64,000 nt of DNA from Candidatus Eiseniibacteriota bacterium (lineage in GTDB: Bacteria; Eisenbacteria; RBG-16-71-46). Shown here one piece after another: positions 8,096 to 20,431 of the stretch; position 1 is the stretch's first letter, and each line of letters starts with the position of its first letter. The position numbers were made by a program, and so were the translations under genes. Where the stretch lies: the NCBI GenBank assembly GCA_963744995.1, contig CAVUWA010000010.1, positions 352,001 through 416,000 on the forward strand, in the 5' to 3' direction. The notes beneath the pieces are model-generated. The model had not been told where the DNA came from and made no database searches. It saw only the letters and a list, made by a program, of their open reading frames with translations.

Positions 8096-10021
8096 CTACG
8101 GACTCGCGGAGAGGTCCTGGATCGCCGAGGGCGGGACCGTGTCGGCCAGCGTCGCTCCCGAGGCGGAGGGGCTGATGTCCGACCAGTTGCCGCCATCGTC
8201 GCGCGTACGGATCGCGAAATAGTACGTCGTGGCCTCGGCCAGCCCGGCCACGCTGTACGTCTGCGGCGTGCCCGGCGTGGCCGGTACGGGCTGCGGCTGG
8301 ACCGGTGTGGCGCTGCCGAAGTTCGAAGTCGTGATGGGCGCGGTGGACCAGCGCAGGTCGTACAGCGACGCGATCCCGAGGACCCCGTCGTCGCCAGGCG
8401 CCGTCCACTCTACCGTGATGCTGTTCGGCGTGGACTGGCCGGTGCGGAGATCGTTCACGGTGGCCGGTGGCGTGACGTCGGAGCCGGTGCCTACGGGATA
8501 GGCCCCGGCAAAGCCGTCGACGAAGCTCGTGCTCACCGCGGCGCCGCCGCTCGCGACCCGTCCGTCGAACGTGGCGTACGTCGAGTCGACGAACTGCGGG
8601 GATCCCCAGACCGCCATGCCCGGCGTCCCGTAGTTGCCGCCGCCGCCGGGAGCGCCGGCGCTGCCCGCGTAGGAGATCGCACGCCCCGCGCTGCCGGCGG
8701 GCGAGAAGAACACGCCGGCCGAATCGACCCGCATCCCCGCGGGCAGGCGCACGTTCTCGGCGCCCGGCCCGTTCGCGGCACGGCAATAGAAGATGTCCGA
8801 CGAAAGCCGCGGGCTGTTCACGGCGCTGGCCGACGCGCAATCGATCGCGGTGGGCCCCGCGGTCACGTAGGTGTTGTGGCGCGACACGAGCCCGTTGACC
8901 TGCGTGCCGTTCGCCACGAGCAGGCAGGGCCGGGTGCTGCTGGTGATGAACGTGTTGTACTCGACGGTGTCCTGGCGGCAGCCGTCGTAGTACCAGAAGA
9001 TGCCGGTTCCGGACTGCGGCGAGCGCACGTCGATGTAGTTGTTGCCGTAGTAGTTGTGTCCGGTCGTCGCCGGGAAGCTGCCGCCGTTCGAGAGCATGAA
9101 GGAAAGGTCCGCCCCGGAACCGGTGATCGCCACGCGGTTGTTCACGTAGCGGTTGTAGCTGGACGAGTCCCGGTGGCACCACATGCCGTGCGAACCGCCG
9201 ATCGGACCGTTCATCGCGAAATTCCAGGTGTTGCCCTCGATCCGGTTCGAGTAGCCCTCGTACTGCTCGACACCGAAGAAGTAGCCGCCGCAGTTCTGCA
9301 TGTCGACGTTGAAGGTATTGCCGGCGATGGTGTTGTAGCCGGCGGCGGAGATCAGCACCACGTGGAAGTCGCCGGGCGTGTTCAGCGTCAGGTTCACGGT
9401 CGAGTTCGTGAACCTGTTGTTCAGCGAGCCGACCGACCACTGCCCGACCGATCCGTTGTTGTGATTGCGTTCGCCGGCGATGCTGATGAAGTGGTTCTGC
9501 CCCCCCGCGGTCACGGTGCCGCTGATCAGCAGACTGTCCAGCACCGAGCGCTTCGAACTCAGGTGGAACGACCCGTTCTGACCATAGATCCGGCAGGCGA
9601 CCAGCGAGTCGTCCGTGGCCTGCAGCGCGGCGGCCTCGAACAGACCGGTCGCGCCGCCCAGGCACGTCACCCAGCGCACGGTCGTGAAATCGCCGTACTG
9701 GTAGCCCAGGCGGATGTTCGAGACCACGACCGCACCGGGATCGTTGGGAAAGCCGTAGTAGCGAATCCGCGCGGAGCTGGTGCCGTCCTTCGCCGGGTTG
9801 ATCGGATCGGCGTACGTGCCGCTCTTGAAGCGGCAGACATCGCCGGGAGCCGCGTTCGCGTTGAACCAGGCGAGCGTGGTCGGCGTCGAGATCGAGTCGG
9901 TGCCGGCCGCGCCTCCGACACCCGAGGGCGAAACCCAGTAGGTTCTAGCGCTCGCGGCGGGGGCGAGGATCAGCGTGGTCGCCAGACAGGACAGGAGAGC
10001 GCTCACTCGGATTCGCGACAT
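8096..10021 (-). CDS. Secreted right-handed beta-helix (pectin-lyase-like) protein with C-terminal FN3 domain
   Basis: Signal peptide ([10 protein letters not shown]); PGDVCRFKSGTY; Asn-ladder repeats (NTIAGNTF, NRIEGNTW, NRYVNNRV); FN3 WTAPGDD...YYFAIRTRDDGGNWS. Confidence 0.75.
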   Translation of the reverse strand: MSRIRVSALLSCLATTLILAPAASARTYWVSPSGVGGAAGTDSISTPTTLAWFNANAAPGDVCRFKSGTYADPINPAKDGTSSARIRYYGFPNDPGAVVVSNIRLGYQYGDFTTVRWVTCLGGATGLFEAAALQATDDSLVACRIYGQNGSFHLSSKRSVLDSLLISGTVTAGGQNHFISIAGERNHNNGSVGQWSVGSLNNRFTNSTVNLTLNTPGDFHVVLISAAGYNTIAGNTFNVDMQNCGGYFFGVEQYEGYSNRIEGNTWNFAMNGPIGGSHGMWCHRDSSSYNRYVNNRVAITGSGADLSFMLSNGGSFPATTGHNYYGNNYIDVRSPQSGTGIFWYYDGCRQDTVEYNTFITSSTRPCLLVANGTQVNGLVSRHNTYVTAGPTAIDCASASAVNSPRLSSDIFYCRAANGPGAENVRLPAGMRVDSAGVFFSPAGSAGRAISYAGSAGAPGGGGNYGTPGMAVWGSPQFVDSTYATFDGRVASGGAAVSTSFVDGFAGAYPVGTGSDVTPPATVNDLRTGQSTPNSITVEWTAPGDDGVLGIASLYDLRWSTAPITTSNFGSATPVQPQPVPATPGTPQTYSVAGLAEATTYYFAIRTRDDGGNWSDISPSASGATLADTVPPSAIQDLSASP

Positions 10022-10080
10022 CAGCGGTGGTATCCCCAGTAGGTGACGGGTCCGCGCGGTGGATGAGCCCGCGTTTCCTC

Positions 10081-10097
10081 AGCAGATTATGTGCCAG
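10081..10097 (-). promoter_or_regulatory. Sigma54 (-24/-12) promoter candidate
   Basis: Minus strand CTGGCACATAATCTGCT (GG-N10-GC; consensus TGGCAC-N5-TTGC), about 60 bp upstream of the ATG at 10021. Confidence 0.6.
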
Positions 10098-10297
10098 ACA
10101 CCGCCCACCCTCGCCGACGCGAGCGGCCCCATGCGCTGCAAGCGGATGGGAGCCTGGCCCGGAGAGATCGCCGACCTCTCCCGGTGGGGCCGGTCATAAT
10201 CCAATGCGGTCCGCGGCAGTCTGCAACAATTGCGAACGGTGCGCCAGCTCAACCTGCGTCGCGGTCCGCCCGCTCAGCGGCGCTCCGAATCGCGTTC

Positions 10298-11627
10298 TCA
10301 GCGTTGCGAGCGGGCCCCCGTACGCTCGACGACGAAGCCCGGCGGCACGCGCAGCGCGAGTGCCTGGAAGTACCTACCCAGGAATCCGTAGAAAGTTTCG
10401 TCGACGAGGCGCGGCGAGTTCGCCACGACGGTGCGCCTGCAGTCGAACACGACGAGGCCGCGCGTGCGGTACGTGTTCCGACGGAAAAGCGACCCGTCGA
10501 CTTCGCGCTTGTGCTCGACCACGAGCGCGGGCGTCATGGCGCGGGTCTCGATCTCGTTCCCCTCGAGCGTGTCGCTGCGCGAGCCGTCGTAGAACCAGAA
10601 CACGCCGGTTCCCGGCTGGGGCAGGTCATCCCGGATGTGATTCTCCGAGTAAACGTTGTGACCCGTGGTTCCCGGCCACGAGCCGGGATTGGTCAGCATG
10701 AACGACAGGTTGCCGCCGCGACCCTGGACCGTGACCGTGTTGCGGGTCCAGCGGTTCCAGCTCGACGAGTCGCGATGACTCCAGACGCCGCGCGAGCCTC
10801 GGATCGGGCCCTGCATGCGGATGTTCCATGTGTTGCCGTCGAAGAGGTTCCGGTAGCCCTCGTAGAGCTCCACGGCGAAGAAATAGCCCTGGCAGTGCTC
10901 GACCGTGATGTCGAACCGATTCCGCAGGAAGCGGTTTTCGACGCCGTGGGCGATGCCCAGCACGTGCACGTCGCCCTGTCCCTCGGTCGTGGCGACGCGG
11001 ACGGTGAAGCGGCTGTTGGAAATCACGTTGCTCGTCGAGAACCAGGCCGCCGGCGTGCCCGGGGTCATGAGGTCGATCCAGTGGCTCTGTCCCGAGCCCG
11101 TGACCGATCCGCGCACGCGGAGCGAATCGAACACGCAGTCCTTGCCGAGCGCGAGGATGCCGTCGCCGCCGTGCTCGGTCCAGCACGAGGCGATCGAGTC
11201 CCCCACGACGTAGACGCCGGAGACGCCGTCGCAGCCCGCCAGGCCGTTTTCACCCTGCAGCCAGCGCGCGGTGCAGTAGCTGCCGTGCTGCCAGCCGAAA
11301 CGGATGTTGGCCACGGTCACGGCGCCGGGGTCCTGCGGGAATCCGTAGTAGCGGATCCGCGCCGCGGGGGTGCCGTCCCCCGCGGGCTGCACCGGATCCG
11401 CGTAGCGACCGCTGCGGAAGCGGCAGACGTCGCCCGGCTTCGCGTGGGCGTTGAACCACGCCAGCGTGGTCGCGCCGGCGAGCGAGTCGGCGCCACTGCG
11501 GCCCGCGACGCCGACCGGCGAGACCCAGTACGTCCTCGCCGCGGCTTCCCGGCCGCAGGCCGTCAGCAGCATCAGGGTGAGCGCGAGCGCCGCGCCGGCC
11601 GCCCGGGCGGGCGGCCCCGCGCCGCGC

Positions 11628-11635
<8 letters not shown>
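10298..11635 (-). CDS. Beta-helix protein paralogous to 8096..10021, without FN3; possible lipoprotein
   Basis: Shares [49 protein letters not shown] and W.HRDSSS with its neighbour; LTAC lipobox-like motif; GTG start overlaps the clpB stop. Confidence 0.75.
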
Positions 11636-14231
<2,596 letters not shown>

Positions 14232-14294
14232 GGCTTCCTCGCTGGCGCCCGGGAGGACGCATCCGGCCGGCGGATCGAACGGAGAATAGCAAAG

Positions 14295-14320
14295 ACCGCC
14301 GCATCATTGGATGCGGCGGT
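14295..14320 (-). terminator. Intrinsic terminator-like hairpin upstream of clpB
   Basis: ACCGCCGCATC-N4-GATGCGGCGGT, followed by CTTTG on the minus strand. Confidence 0.6.
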
Positions 14321-14348
14321 TCTGTCCGTCGATGCCCGGACGAAACGT

Positions 14349-15656
14349 CTACGCGGCTTTGTCGAGGAACGGAATCAGCAGCGGCAGCAGCCGGCGTCCG
14401 ACCGGCGGGAACTCCATCGCGAACGCGACGGCGCCGCGCAGGCCTTCCCAGTCGATCTCGCCGTCCTCCACGAGCTGCGCGAGGCTGATGAGCGAGGCCC
14501 TGATGCGCGCGCGATGGCCGTCGGGAACGCCGAGCCGCGCCACCTCCGAAGCGATCGCGGCCAGCGCGATCGCGGTGCTGGAGGTCAGGGGTGCGGGCGC
14601 GAGGTCGGCCGCTGCGGGCGGCGGCGTTTCGCGACGCTGGCGCCGCACCGGCCGGCCCTCGGCGCGGAACACCGGAGAAGCGCTGAGAAAGTCGGCGGTA
14701 CTGATGGCCGGCATGTCGTCTTCGTCTTCTTCTTCTTCCTCGGCCTCATCCGCCCCATCGACGGCATCGTCCACGGCCCGGGCAGCGCCGGCCGCGACCG
14801 GCGCCGCGCGGTGCGGAGCCGGCGCTTCGTCGCCGTCGTCCGCGGCGTCGGCTTCCCCCCCATCGTCGTCCGTCACGTCGTCCGCGGCCACAGCGGCTTC
14901 CACCGTGTCGGCCGCAGCCACCACCTCGTCATCCGTCTCCGGCACCTCGTCGGCAGGCTCACGGGCGCCGTCCGGGGGCGCGCCGGAGGTGACGGCGGCC
15001 TTCCCGTGCGCCGGCTCGAGATCCTCGCCGGCGTCCCCTTCCTTCTTCGCGGCGGCCTCTTCCTTGCCCAGCTTCTCGAGCGCGTCGAGCCCGAGCATGT
15101 CGCGCAGCCGGCGGCGCGGGCTGCCCGGTTTCTGGCGCCTGCGGCGCTCGTTGCCGTTGCGTCTGCCGCCCTGGCCGTGGCCCGATGCGACGGCGGGCGC
15201 CTCACCATGTCCGGTTTCCGCCGCGCGCTTCTCCGGCTTCGACTCGGCCGCGGCCGGCGGCCCGCCGGGCAGGTCGAGGGTCGGGAAGTCGTCCTCGGCG
15301 ACGCCGGGGTCGAGGCTCGCGGGGCGCGCGGTCTCCGATTCCGCGGGGAGACCGTCGGTGTCGATCTCCTCGAGGAACCCATTCAGGAGCTGCAGCGCCT
15401 CCGCGCAGCCGCGTTCGTAGAACTCGCGTGTCTCGCGTGCGCTGGCCTGGGTGGAAGGCGGGCTGAACGGGATGCGGCGGAAGCGCGCCGAGCGGCGCGA
15501 ATCGCCGGGCCACACGCGCTGAACGATCGTCAGCGTGGCCTGGCGCCACTGTTTGAACTCGGTGTTGCGGGTCTTGGCGTTGCGCAGCGCCTTCAGCTGG
15601 TCGATCTGCTCGTTCAACCAGCGCCGCGCGCGTTCGATGCGTGCATCCGAGCTCAT
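14349..15656 (-). CDS. Hypothetical protein: two helical domains joined by a long acidic disordered linker
   Basis: 435 aa; about 100-aa helical N-domain, D/E/A-rich middle (EAEEEEEDEDD), about 70-aa helical C-domain. Confidence 0.75.
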   Translation of the reverse strand: MSSDARIERARRWLNEQIDQLKALRNAKTRNTEFKQWRQATLTIVQRVWPGDSRRSARFRRIPFSPPSTQASARETREFYERGCAEALQLLNGFLEEIDTDGLPAESETARPASLDPGVAEDDFPTLDLPGGPPAAAESKPEKRAAETGHGEAPAVASGHGQGGRRNGNERRRRQKPGSPRRRLRDMLGLDALEKLGKEEAAAKKEGDAGEDLEPAHGKAAVTSGAPPDGAREPADEVPETDDEVVAAADTVEAAVAADDVTDDDGGEADAADDGDEAPAPHRAAPVAAGAARAVDDAVDGADEAEEEEEDEDDMPAISTADFLSASPVFRAEGRPVRRQRRETPPPAAADLAPAPLTSSTAIALAAIASEVARLGVPDGHRARIRASLISLAQLVEDGEIDWEGLRGAVAFAMEFPPVGRRLLPLLIPFLDKAA

Positions 15657-15695
15657 GCGCGTCCCCGGGGTGCGGATCCGGAAGCGCGCATCGCG

Positions 15696-16304
15696 CTACC
15701 AGTCCGAGAAGCGCTCCTCTTTCCAGGGATCCGCTTCGTTGTGATAGCCGTTGGTTTCCCAGAACCCGGGCCGGTCGCCTGCGACGAGCTCGATCCCGCG
15801 CACCCACTTCGCGCTCTTCCAGAAGTAGCGGCGCGGTACGACGAGCCGCACGGGCGCGCCGTGTTCCGGCGTGAGCGGCGTTCCATCGTGGGTGTCGGCG
15901 AGCAGAACGTCATCCTGGATCAGCTCCGGCAGCGGGAGGTTCGTCGTGTAACCGCCTTCGGCGTGGATGACCGCGTAACCCGCTGCGGGCTTCACCTCGA
16001 CTGCCCGGAAGATCTCCCGGATCGAGACGCCTTCCCACAGGTTGTCGTAGCGGCTCCAACGCGTCACGCAGTGGATGTCACTGCGCACCTGCACCCGCGG
16101 CAGACGCCGGTACTCTTCCCAGGACCACCGTTTTTCCGCGGCCACCAGGCCAGTCACACGAAAATCCCAGGCCGATACGTCGACCGCGGGGATCGGGCCG
16201 TGATGCAGCACCGGCCACTTCTCCGTGAGAATCTGGCCCGGCGGAAGGCGGGGCTCCTGCCGGGGGCTTTCCACGATATCGGCAGAGTCGGGTCGGAAGT
16301 TCAT
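15696..16304 (-). CDS. Sulfite-oxidase-like molybdopterin oxidoreductase (YuiH/MsrP superfamily), cytoplasmic
   Basis: LPPGQ..KWPVL, DIHCVTRWS (Mo-ligand Cys), HGAPVRLVVP..YFWKSAKW, GFWE..GYH. True start at MNFRPDS within the 669-aa ORF. Confidence 0.9.
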   Translation of the reverse strand: MNFRPDSADIVESPRQEPRLPPGQILTEKWPVLHHGPIPAVDVSAWDFRVTGLVAAEKRWSWEEYRRLPRVQVRSDIHCVTRWSRYDNLWEGVSIREIFRAVEVKPAAGYAVIHAEGGYTTNLPLPELIQDDVLLADTHDGTPLTPEHGAPVRLVVPRRYFWKSAKWVRGIELVAGDRPGFWETNGYHNEADPWKEERFSDW

Positions 16305-16405
16305 GCGGGATTTCGCCTCCGGACCGGGGGGCAAGGGGCAGGCGGCGCGGCGCAGCGCCGCGGCCGCGAACGGGGCGGGGGCCGGACGCCCCCGCCCCGC
16401 GCGGA

Positions 16406-18640
16406 TCAGAAGCTGGTGGACAGACTTCCGACGAACGAGATGCCGGGCTCCGGCAGGCTCGACAGTGCCGGAGTGTAGTTCGTGTCGGCGATGTTGCGCA
16501 CCCCCAGCACGAGCCGCTGGCCGGTCGGGATCGCCATCCCGGCGAACAGGTCGCCGGCGATCCACTCCTTCTTCGCCACCACGAACTCCTCGAGTCCGGG
16601 AGGCGCCAGCGGCAGCCGGTTGTAACGCCACGAGAACCGCGCGCTCGGCTCGACCCAGAAGCGTCGCGACGAGTCGGTCCAGCGCAGGCCGAAGTTGCCG
16701 CCGAAGGGCGGAACGCTCGGCAGCGCGGCCTTGTCGGTGTCGATGCCGTAGAGCTTCATGATGCCGTCGCGGCTCGTGATGTCGCCGACCGCGCCCGAGA
16801 CCGCCGCACGCGCGCGCCAGTTGTCCAGGAACTGCCACTGCGCCTCGGCCTCGCCGCCGTAGATGCGCGCCGTCGCGATGTTGAAGTACTGGAACGTGTT
16901 GTTGCCCTGCGAATCGGTCGCGATCAACACGGCGTCGATCAGGTCCTTGTAGGTCGAATAGAACACGCTGCCGGTGAACGCGACGTCGCCCGGTCCCCAG
17001 CGCATGCCGAGGTCGTACGAAACGCTCTTCTCGGGCTTGAGGTCGGTGTTGCCGAGCACGGTGCCCACCGAGGCCGGGCCGTCGAAGAACAGATCCTGTG
17101 CGTTCGGCTGGCGGTAACCGTTGGCGACGTTGGCCGTCAGGTAGAAGTCCTGGATCGGCTCGTAGACGAGACCCAGCGAGCCGGACAGCGCGTCGTTGTC
17201 CACCTTCATCGCCTGGAACGTGTTGGCCGGGGCGCCGAAGCCGTTGCTCGGGTCGGGATCGGAGACGCCCGCGTCCGAGCGGTAGCGGTAGTGCGTATAG
17301 CGCCCGCCGGCGGACAGCGTCCAGCGCGGATTCAGGAACCATTCCGACTGCATGAAGCCGGCGTAGCTGTCGAACGTGCCCTTGGGCACGCTCATCGTCG
17401 TCTTCGTGCCGGGCGGCAGGCCCGGGAAGGGCGGTCCGGTCGGCGTGCCGTTGCTGGTGTAGAGGTTGCGTTCGTCGTTGGTTCCGGCCGGCAGGTCGCG
17501 GATGAGGTCGAGCCCGCCCGTGAACTGGTAGAGCGCGGTCTTCACCGATGTCGCCTGCAGCTGTGCGCCCCAGGTCTCGAGGTCGAAATAGCGGTCCTTC
17601 TGCTGCAGCCAGTTCGTGCCCGGGCCGAGTCCGATGTTGATGTCGGAATAGAAATCGCGCTTCTCGCGCTGGTAGTAGGTCCGTGCGCGCGTCCCGGACA
17701 GCCACGAGTTCTTGTAGTTGTGGTCCAGGGTCAGGTGCACGAAGTCGCGGTCGTAGTTCTTGTAACGGAACTTCTGCGAGTACCCCGGCGCTTCCACGCT
17801 GAGCCCCGGAATGCCGATGTCGTCGCCGCGATACAGCTGCACGCCGCTCTTCAGCACCGTCTGCGCGGTGAAGTCGTAGCGCATGTTGAAGAGCGCATCG
17901 TAGTCCTGGAAGGCCGAGTCCTTGATCTTGCCGGTCGGCGCCTCGAAGTCGTCGGCCTTGCGGCCGCCACTGGAGAGGAACGCCGAGAACCTGCCGATGC
18001 GCGGGATCAGTTCGAGGTAGGCGTTGCGCTGCCGGTCGCCGCTGCTGCCGCCGACGGTGGCGGCGCCGTTGAGCGACGGCGCCGAGCCCCGGTCGGCCTC
18101 ACGGGTGATGATGTTCACGACGCCGCCGAGTGCGTCGGATCCGTAGGCGACCGACGCCGGACCGCGCACGACCTCGATGCGTTCGATCTGCTCGGGGCCG
18201 ATCAGCGAAGGCTGCGGCCCGCGGCCGCGCACGTTGTTCATCGGGCTGCCGTCCATCAGCACCAGCACGCGCTGGCCCGACATGCCGCGCAGCACCATCT
18301 GCTGCGCCCAGGGGCTGTCCTTGCTGCTGGCCACGCCCGGCACCTGTGCGAGCGCATCGAGAGGCACCGTCGGCAGCTCCTGACGCAGGTGCCGCAGCGA
18401 GATCAGCGACAGCGACTGCGGCGAGCGGTAGATCTCGCGGGCATAACGGGAGCCCGTGACCACGACTTCATTGAGCAGCGCCGCCGGCCTGGTCGTGTCG
18501 GCCAGGCTGCTGCGGGTTCCCTCATCCGCGGCACGGGCGGTCGAGAGCGTCGCCGCCAGTGCGAGCGTCGCGAACGCGACCGTCCTCGCACAGCGGAACA
18601 TGGCGCTCTGGGCGCTCGTACGGGATGAACGATGCGACAT
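16406..18640 (-). CDS. TonB-dependent outer-membrane receptor
   Basis: Signal peptide; EVVVTGS TonB box; plug motif IERIEVVRGPASVAYGSDALGGVVNIIT; YRQPN..NTDLKPE; C-terminal Phe. Confidence 0.92.
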   Translation of the reverse strand: MSHRSSRTSAQSAMFRCARTVAFATLALAATLSTARAADEGTRSSLADTTRPAALLNEVVVTGSRYAREIYRSPQSLSLISLRHLRQELPTVPLDALAQVPGVASSKDSPWAQQMVLRGMSGQRVLVLMDGSPMNNVRGRGPQPSLIGPEQIERIEVVRGPASVAYGSDALGGVVNIITREADRGSAPSLNGAATVGGSSGDRQRNAYLELIPRIGRFSAFLSSGGRKADDFEAPTGKIKDSAFQDYDALFNMRYDFTAQTVLKSGVQLYRGDDIGIPGLSVEAPGYSQKFRYKNYDRDFVHLTLDHNYKNSWLSGTRARTYYQREKRDFYSDINIGLGPGTNWLQQKDRYFDLETWGAQLQATSVKTALYQFTGGLDLIRDLPAGTNDERNLYTSNGTPTGPPFPGLPPGTKTTMSVPKGTFDSYAGFMQSEWFLNPRWTLSAGGRYTHYRYRSDAGVSDPDPSNGFGAPANTFQAMKVDNDALSGSLGLVYEPIQDFYLTANVANGYRQPNAQDLFFDGPASVGTVLGNTDLKPEKSVSYDLGMRWGPGDVAFTGSVFYSTYKDLIDAVLIATDSQGNNTFQYFNIATARIYGGEAEAQWQFLDNWRARAAVSGAVGDITSRDGIMKLYGIDTDKAALPSVPPFGGNFGLRWTDSSRRFWVEPSARFSWRYNRLPLAPPGLEEFVVAKKEWIAGDLFAGMAIPTGQRLVLGVRNIADTNYTPALSSLPEPGISFVGSLSTSF

Positions 18641-18689
18641 GATCAATCTCCGTGGTTCTGTATGAATGCCGGCTCCACCGCCGGCGGGT

Positions 18690-19673
18690 CTACCCTGACG
18701 ATTCCACCTGCACCGGCGGCTCCGTGCCCGCGAGGGCTCCGGAGCGCCAGTGTCCTGCTTCCTTCCACCGCACCCGCAGGCCGTCGTGCGGCCGGCGGGT
18801 GTAGCGCGCGATCAGGCGGATCGCGTGCGCGTGCGACGCCGCGTCACGCGGCCCGCACACCAGCGCCACCGGCCCGGGGAACCCTTCCGGCTCCACGCGC
18901 CAGCGCGCCTCGGTCTCGAACTCGGCGAGTCGCCGGTTCTCTTCCGCGTCGCGCCCCAGCACGACCTTGAGCGCCGGGCTCACGCGGAAGTGCCGCCCCA
19001 CCCGGAGCAGCGCGAGGTCTTCCATGCTCGTCTCGTCCTGCGCGGTGTGCTCGAACAGGTCGCGCAGCTTCTCCGAATAGTTCGCGTCCGTGAGCAGACA
19101 CCCGCCGCCCGGCGACTGGTAGTGGCGCAGCCCGTAGCGGCGCGCCAGCTCGAGCTGCACCGAGCGGCCCCTGCCCGAGATGCCGAGCAGCCGCGAGCGG
19201 TCCACCCAGCCGCGTTTCTCGGGCTCGGTCTCCGGCAGCGCGCGCGCGCTCAGCGGCCGCAGGATGAACCCTTCGAGCGGCGAGCGGCGCTCGAGCAGTT
19301 CCAGCGCCGAACGCATCTGCGACATCGGCCGCTGGCCGACGACCTCGCCCGTGAACAGGAATTGCGCACCGTGCGCCTCCATCACCGGCGCCGCGAGGTC
19401 GAACATGAACGAGCGGCAGTCGAGGCACGGGTTCATGTGCTTGCCGTAGCCCCAGCGCGGCTCGCGCAGCAGCTTGAGGTAGGCCTCCCCTTTGTCCTGG
19501 ATCTCCAGCGGGATGCCGAGGTCCGCGGCGACCTCGCGGATGTCGCTGCGGCAGGCGGTCGGCGAGTGCAGATGCAGGCCTACCACCTCGATGCCCTGGT
19601 CGAGCAGCAACCGGGCGGCGAGGGCGCTGTCGAGGCCCCCTGAAAGCAGACCGATGGCACGAATGGCACTCAA
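18690..19673 (-). CDS. PP-loop tRNA thiolation enzyme (ThiI/MnmA-like, no THUMP domain)
   Basis: SGGLDS PP-loop; PCLDC; TGEVVGQRPMSQ; GGCLLTD; GRHFR..GR..EN C-terminal domain. Confidence 0.8.
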   Translation of the reverse strand: MSAIRAIGLLSGGLDSALAARLLLDQGIEVVGLHLHSPTACRSDIREVAADLGIPLEIQDKGEAYLKLLREPRWGYGKHMNPCLDCRSFMFDLAAPVMEAHGAQFLFTGEVVGQRPMSQMRSALELLERRSPLEGFILRPLSARALPETEPEKRGWVDRSRLLGISGRGRSVQLELARRYGLRHYQSPGGGCLLTDANYSEKLRDLFEHTAQDETSMEDLALLRVGRHFRVSPALKVVLGRDAEENRRLAEFETEARWRVEPEGFPGPVALVCGPRDAASHAHAIRLIARYTRRPHDGLRVRWKEAGHWRSGALAGTEPPVQVESSG

Positions 19674-19886
19674 TGGAAGCCGTCCGCGGAGAAGGTGAAG
19701 CCGGGTGACACGAGTGAAGCCGATTACGGTTAGCAGCCGTCCCGCAGCGTGTCAAGAATGGCCCCCGGGCGCTATGGGACGGAGGTGGCAGTCGATCTGC
19801 CAATCCGGCGGTCGGGGCCGGCGCAAGGGTCCAGCCGCCGTCCGCGCAGCCCCCGGGGGCCCGGAGCGCCCCCTTTCCGCAGCCGG

Positions 19887-19915
19887 TTGCACGGCCGGGC
19901 GGGCGGATCTACCTT
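19887..19915 (+). promoter_or_regulatory. Sigma70-type promoter candidate
   Basis: TTGCAC-N17-TACCTT upstream of 19991. Confidence 0.5.
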
Positions 19916-19990
19916 ACCTCGTCCGAAGTCCATGGCGATGCCCTGAGGCCCTCCGCGGCCCCACCGGCGCTCCGCGCCTGCCCAGGCCCA

Positions 19991-20413
19991 ATGCACATTC
20001 CCGCCTTCAGCCTCTTCTCCGCGGTCAGCGAGCTGTTCGTGACCGCGGGCGTGCTCTACGTCATCATCCGCAACTGGAATCGCCTGCGCTTCCCGCTGGG
20101 CGTGTTCCTCACGGTGGCGCTGTTCGAAGCCCTCGTGAACGTCATGTACATGGCCAATCGCTCCGCGCAGGCGGCGACCGGCTCCCACGAGGCCCTGTCG
20201 ACCGGCATGAAGATCTTCTTCGCCGGCCACGGGATCCTGTCGCTGCTCGCCTACCTCGTGTTCGTGGTGCTCGGCATCTTCGCGTACCAGGAGCAGAAGG
20301 ACGGCCGTTTCTTCTTCCGCGAGCGCCCGGTGCTCACCTGGACGTTCGTCGCCGTCTGGACCGTGAGCATCGTTTCGGGCGAAGTGATCTTCCTCATGCA
20401 CTACGTCTTCTAG
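19991..20413 (+). CDS. Four-TM membrane protein (DUF420-like, tentative)
   Basis: 140 aa, four hydrophobic helices, His in GHGILSL; strong GC3 codon bias. Confidence 0.7.
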   Translation: MHIPAFSLFSAVSELFVTAGVLYVIIRNWNRLRFPLGVFLTVALFEALVNVMYMANRSAQAATGSHEALSTGMKIFFAGHGILSLLAYLVFVVLGIFAYQEQKDGRFFFRERPVLTWTFVAVWTVSIVSGEVIFLMHYVF

Positions 20414-20431
20414 GGACCCGCCCACCGCTCG

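Noticed and set aside
14232..14348. CIRCE, HAIR or CtsR heat-shock operator before clpB
   Set aside because: None of these consensus sequences was seen; the palindrome present is a GC-rich terminator-type hairpin.
15696..17705. 669-aa oxidoreductase fusion
   Set aside because: The N-terminal part is an alternative frame of the TonB receptor; the real gene starts at 16304.
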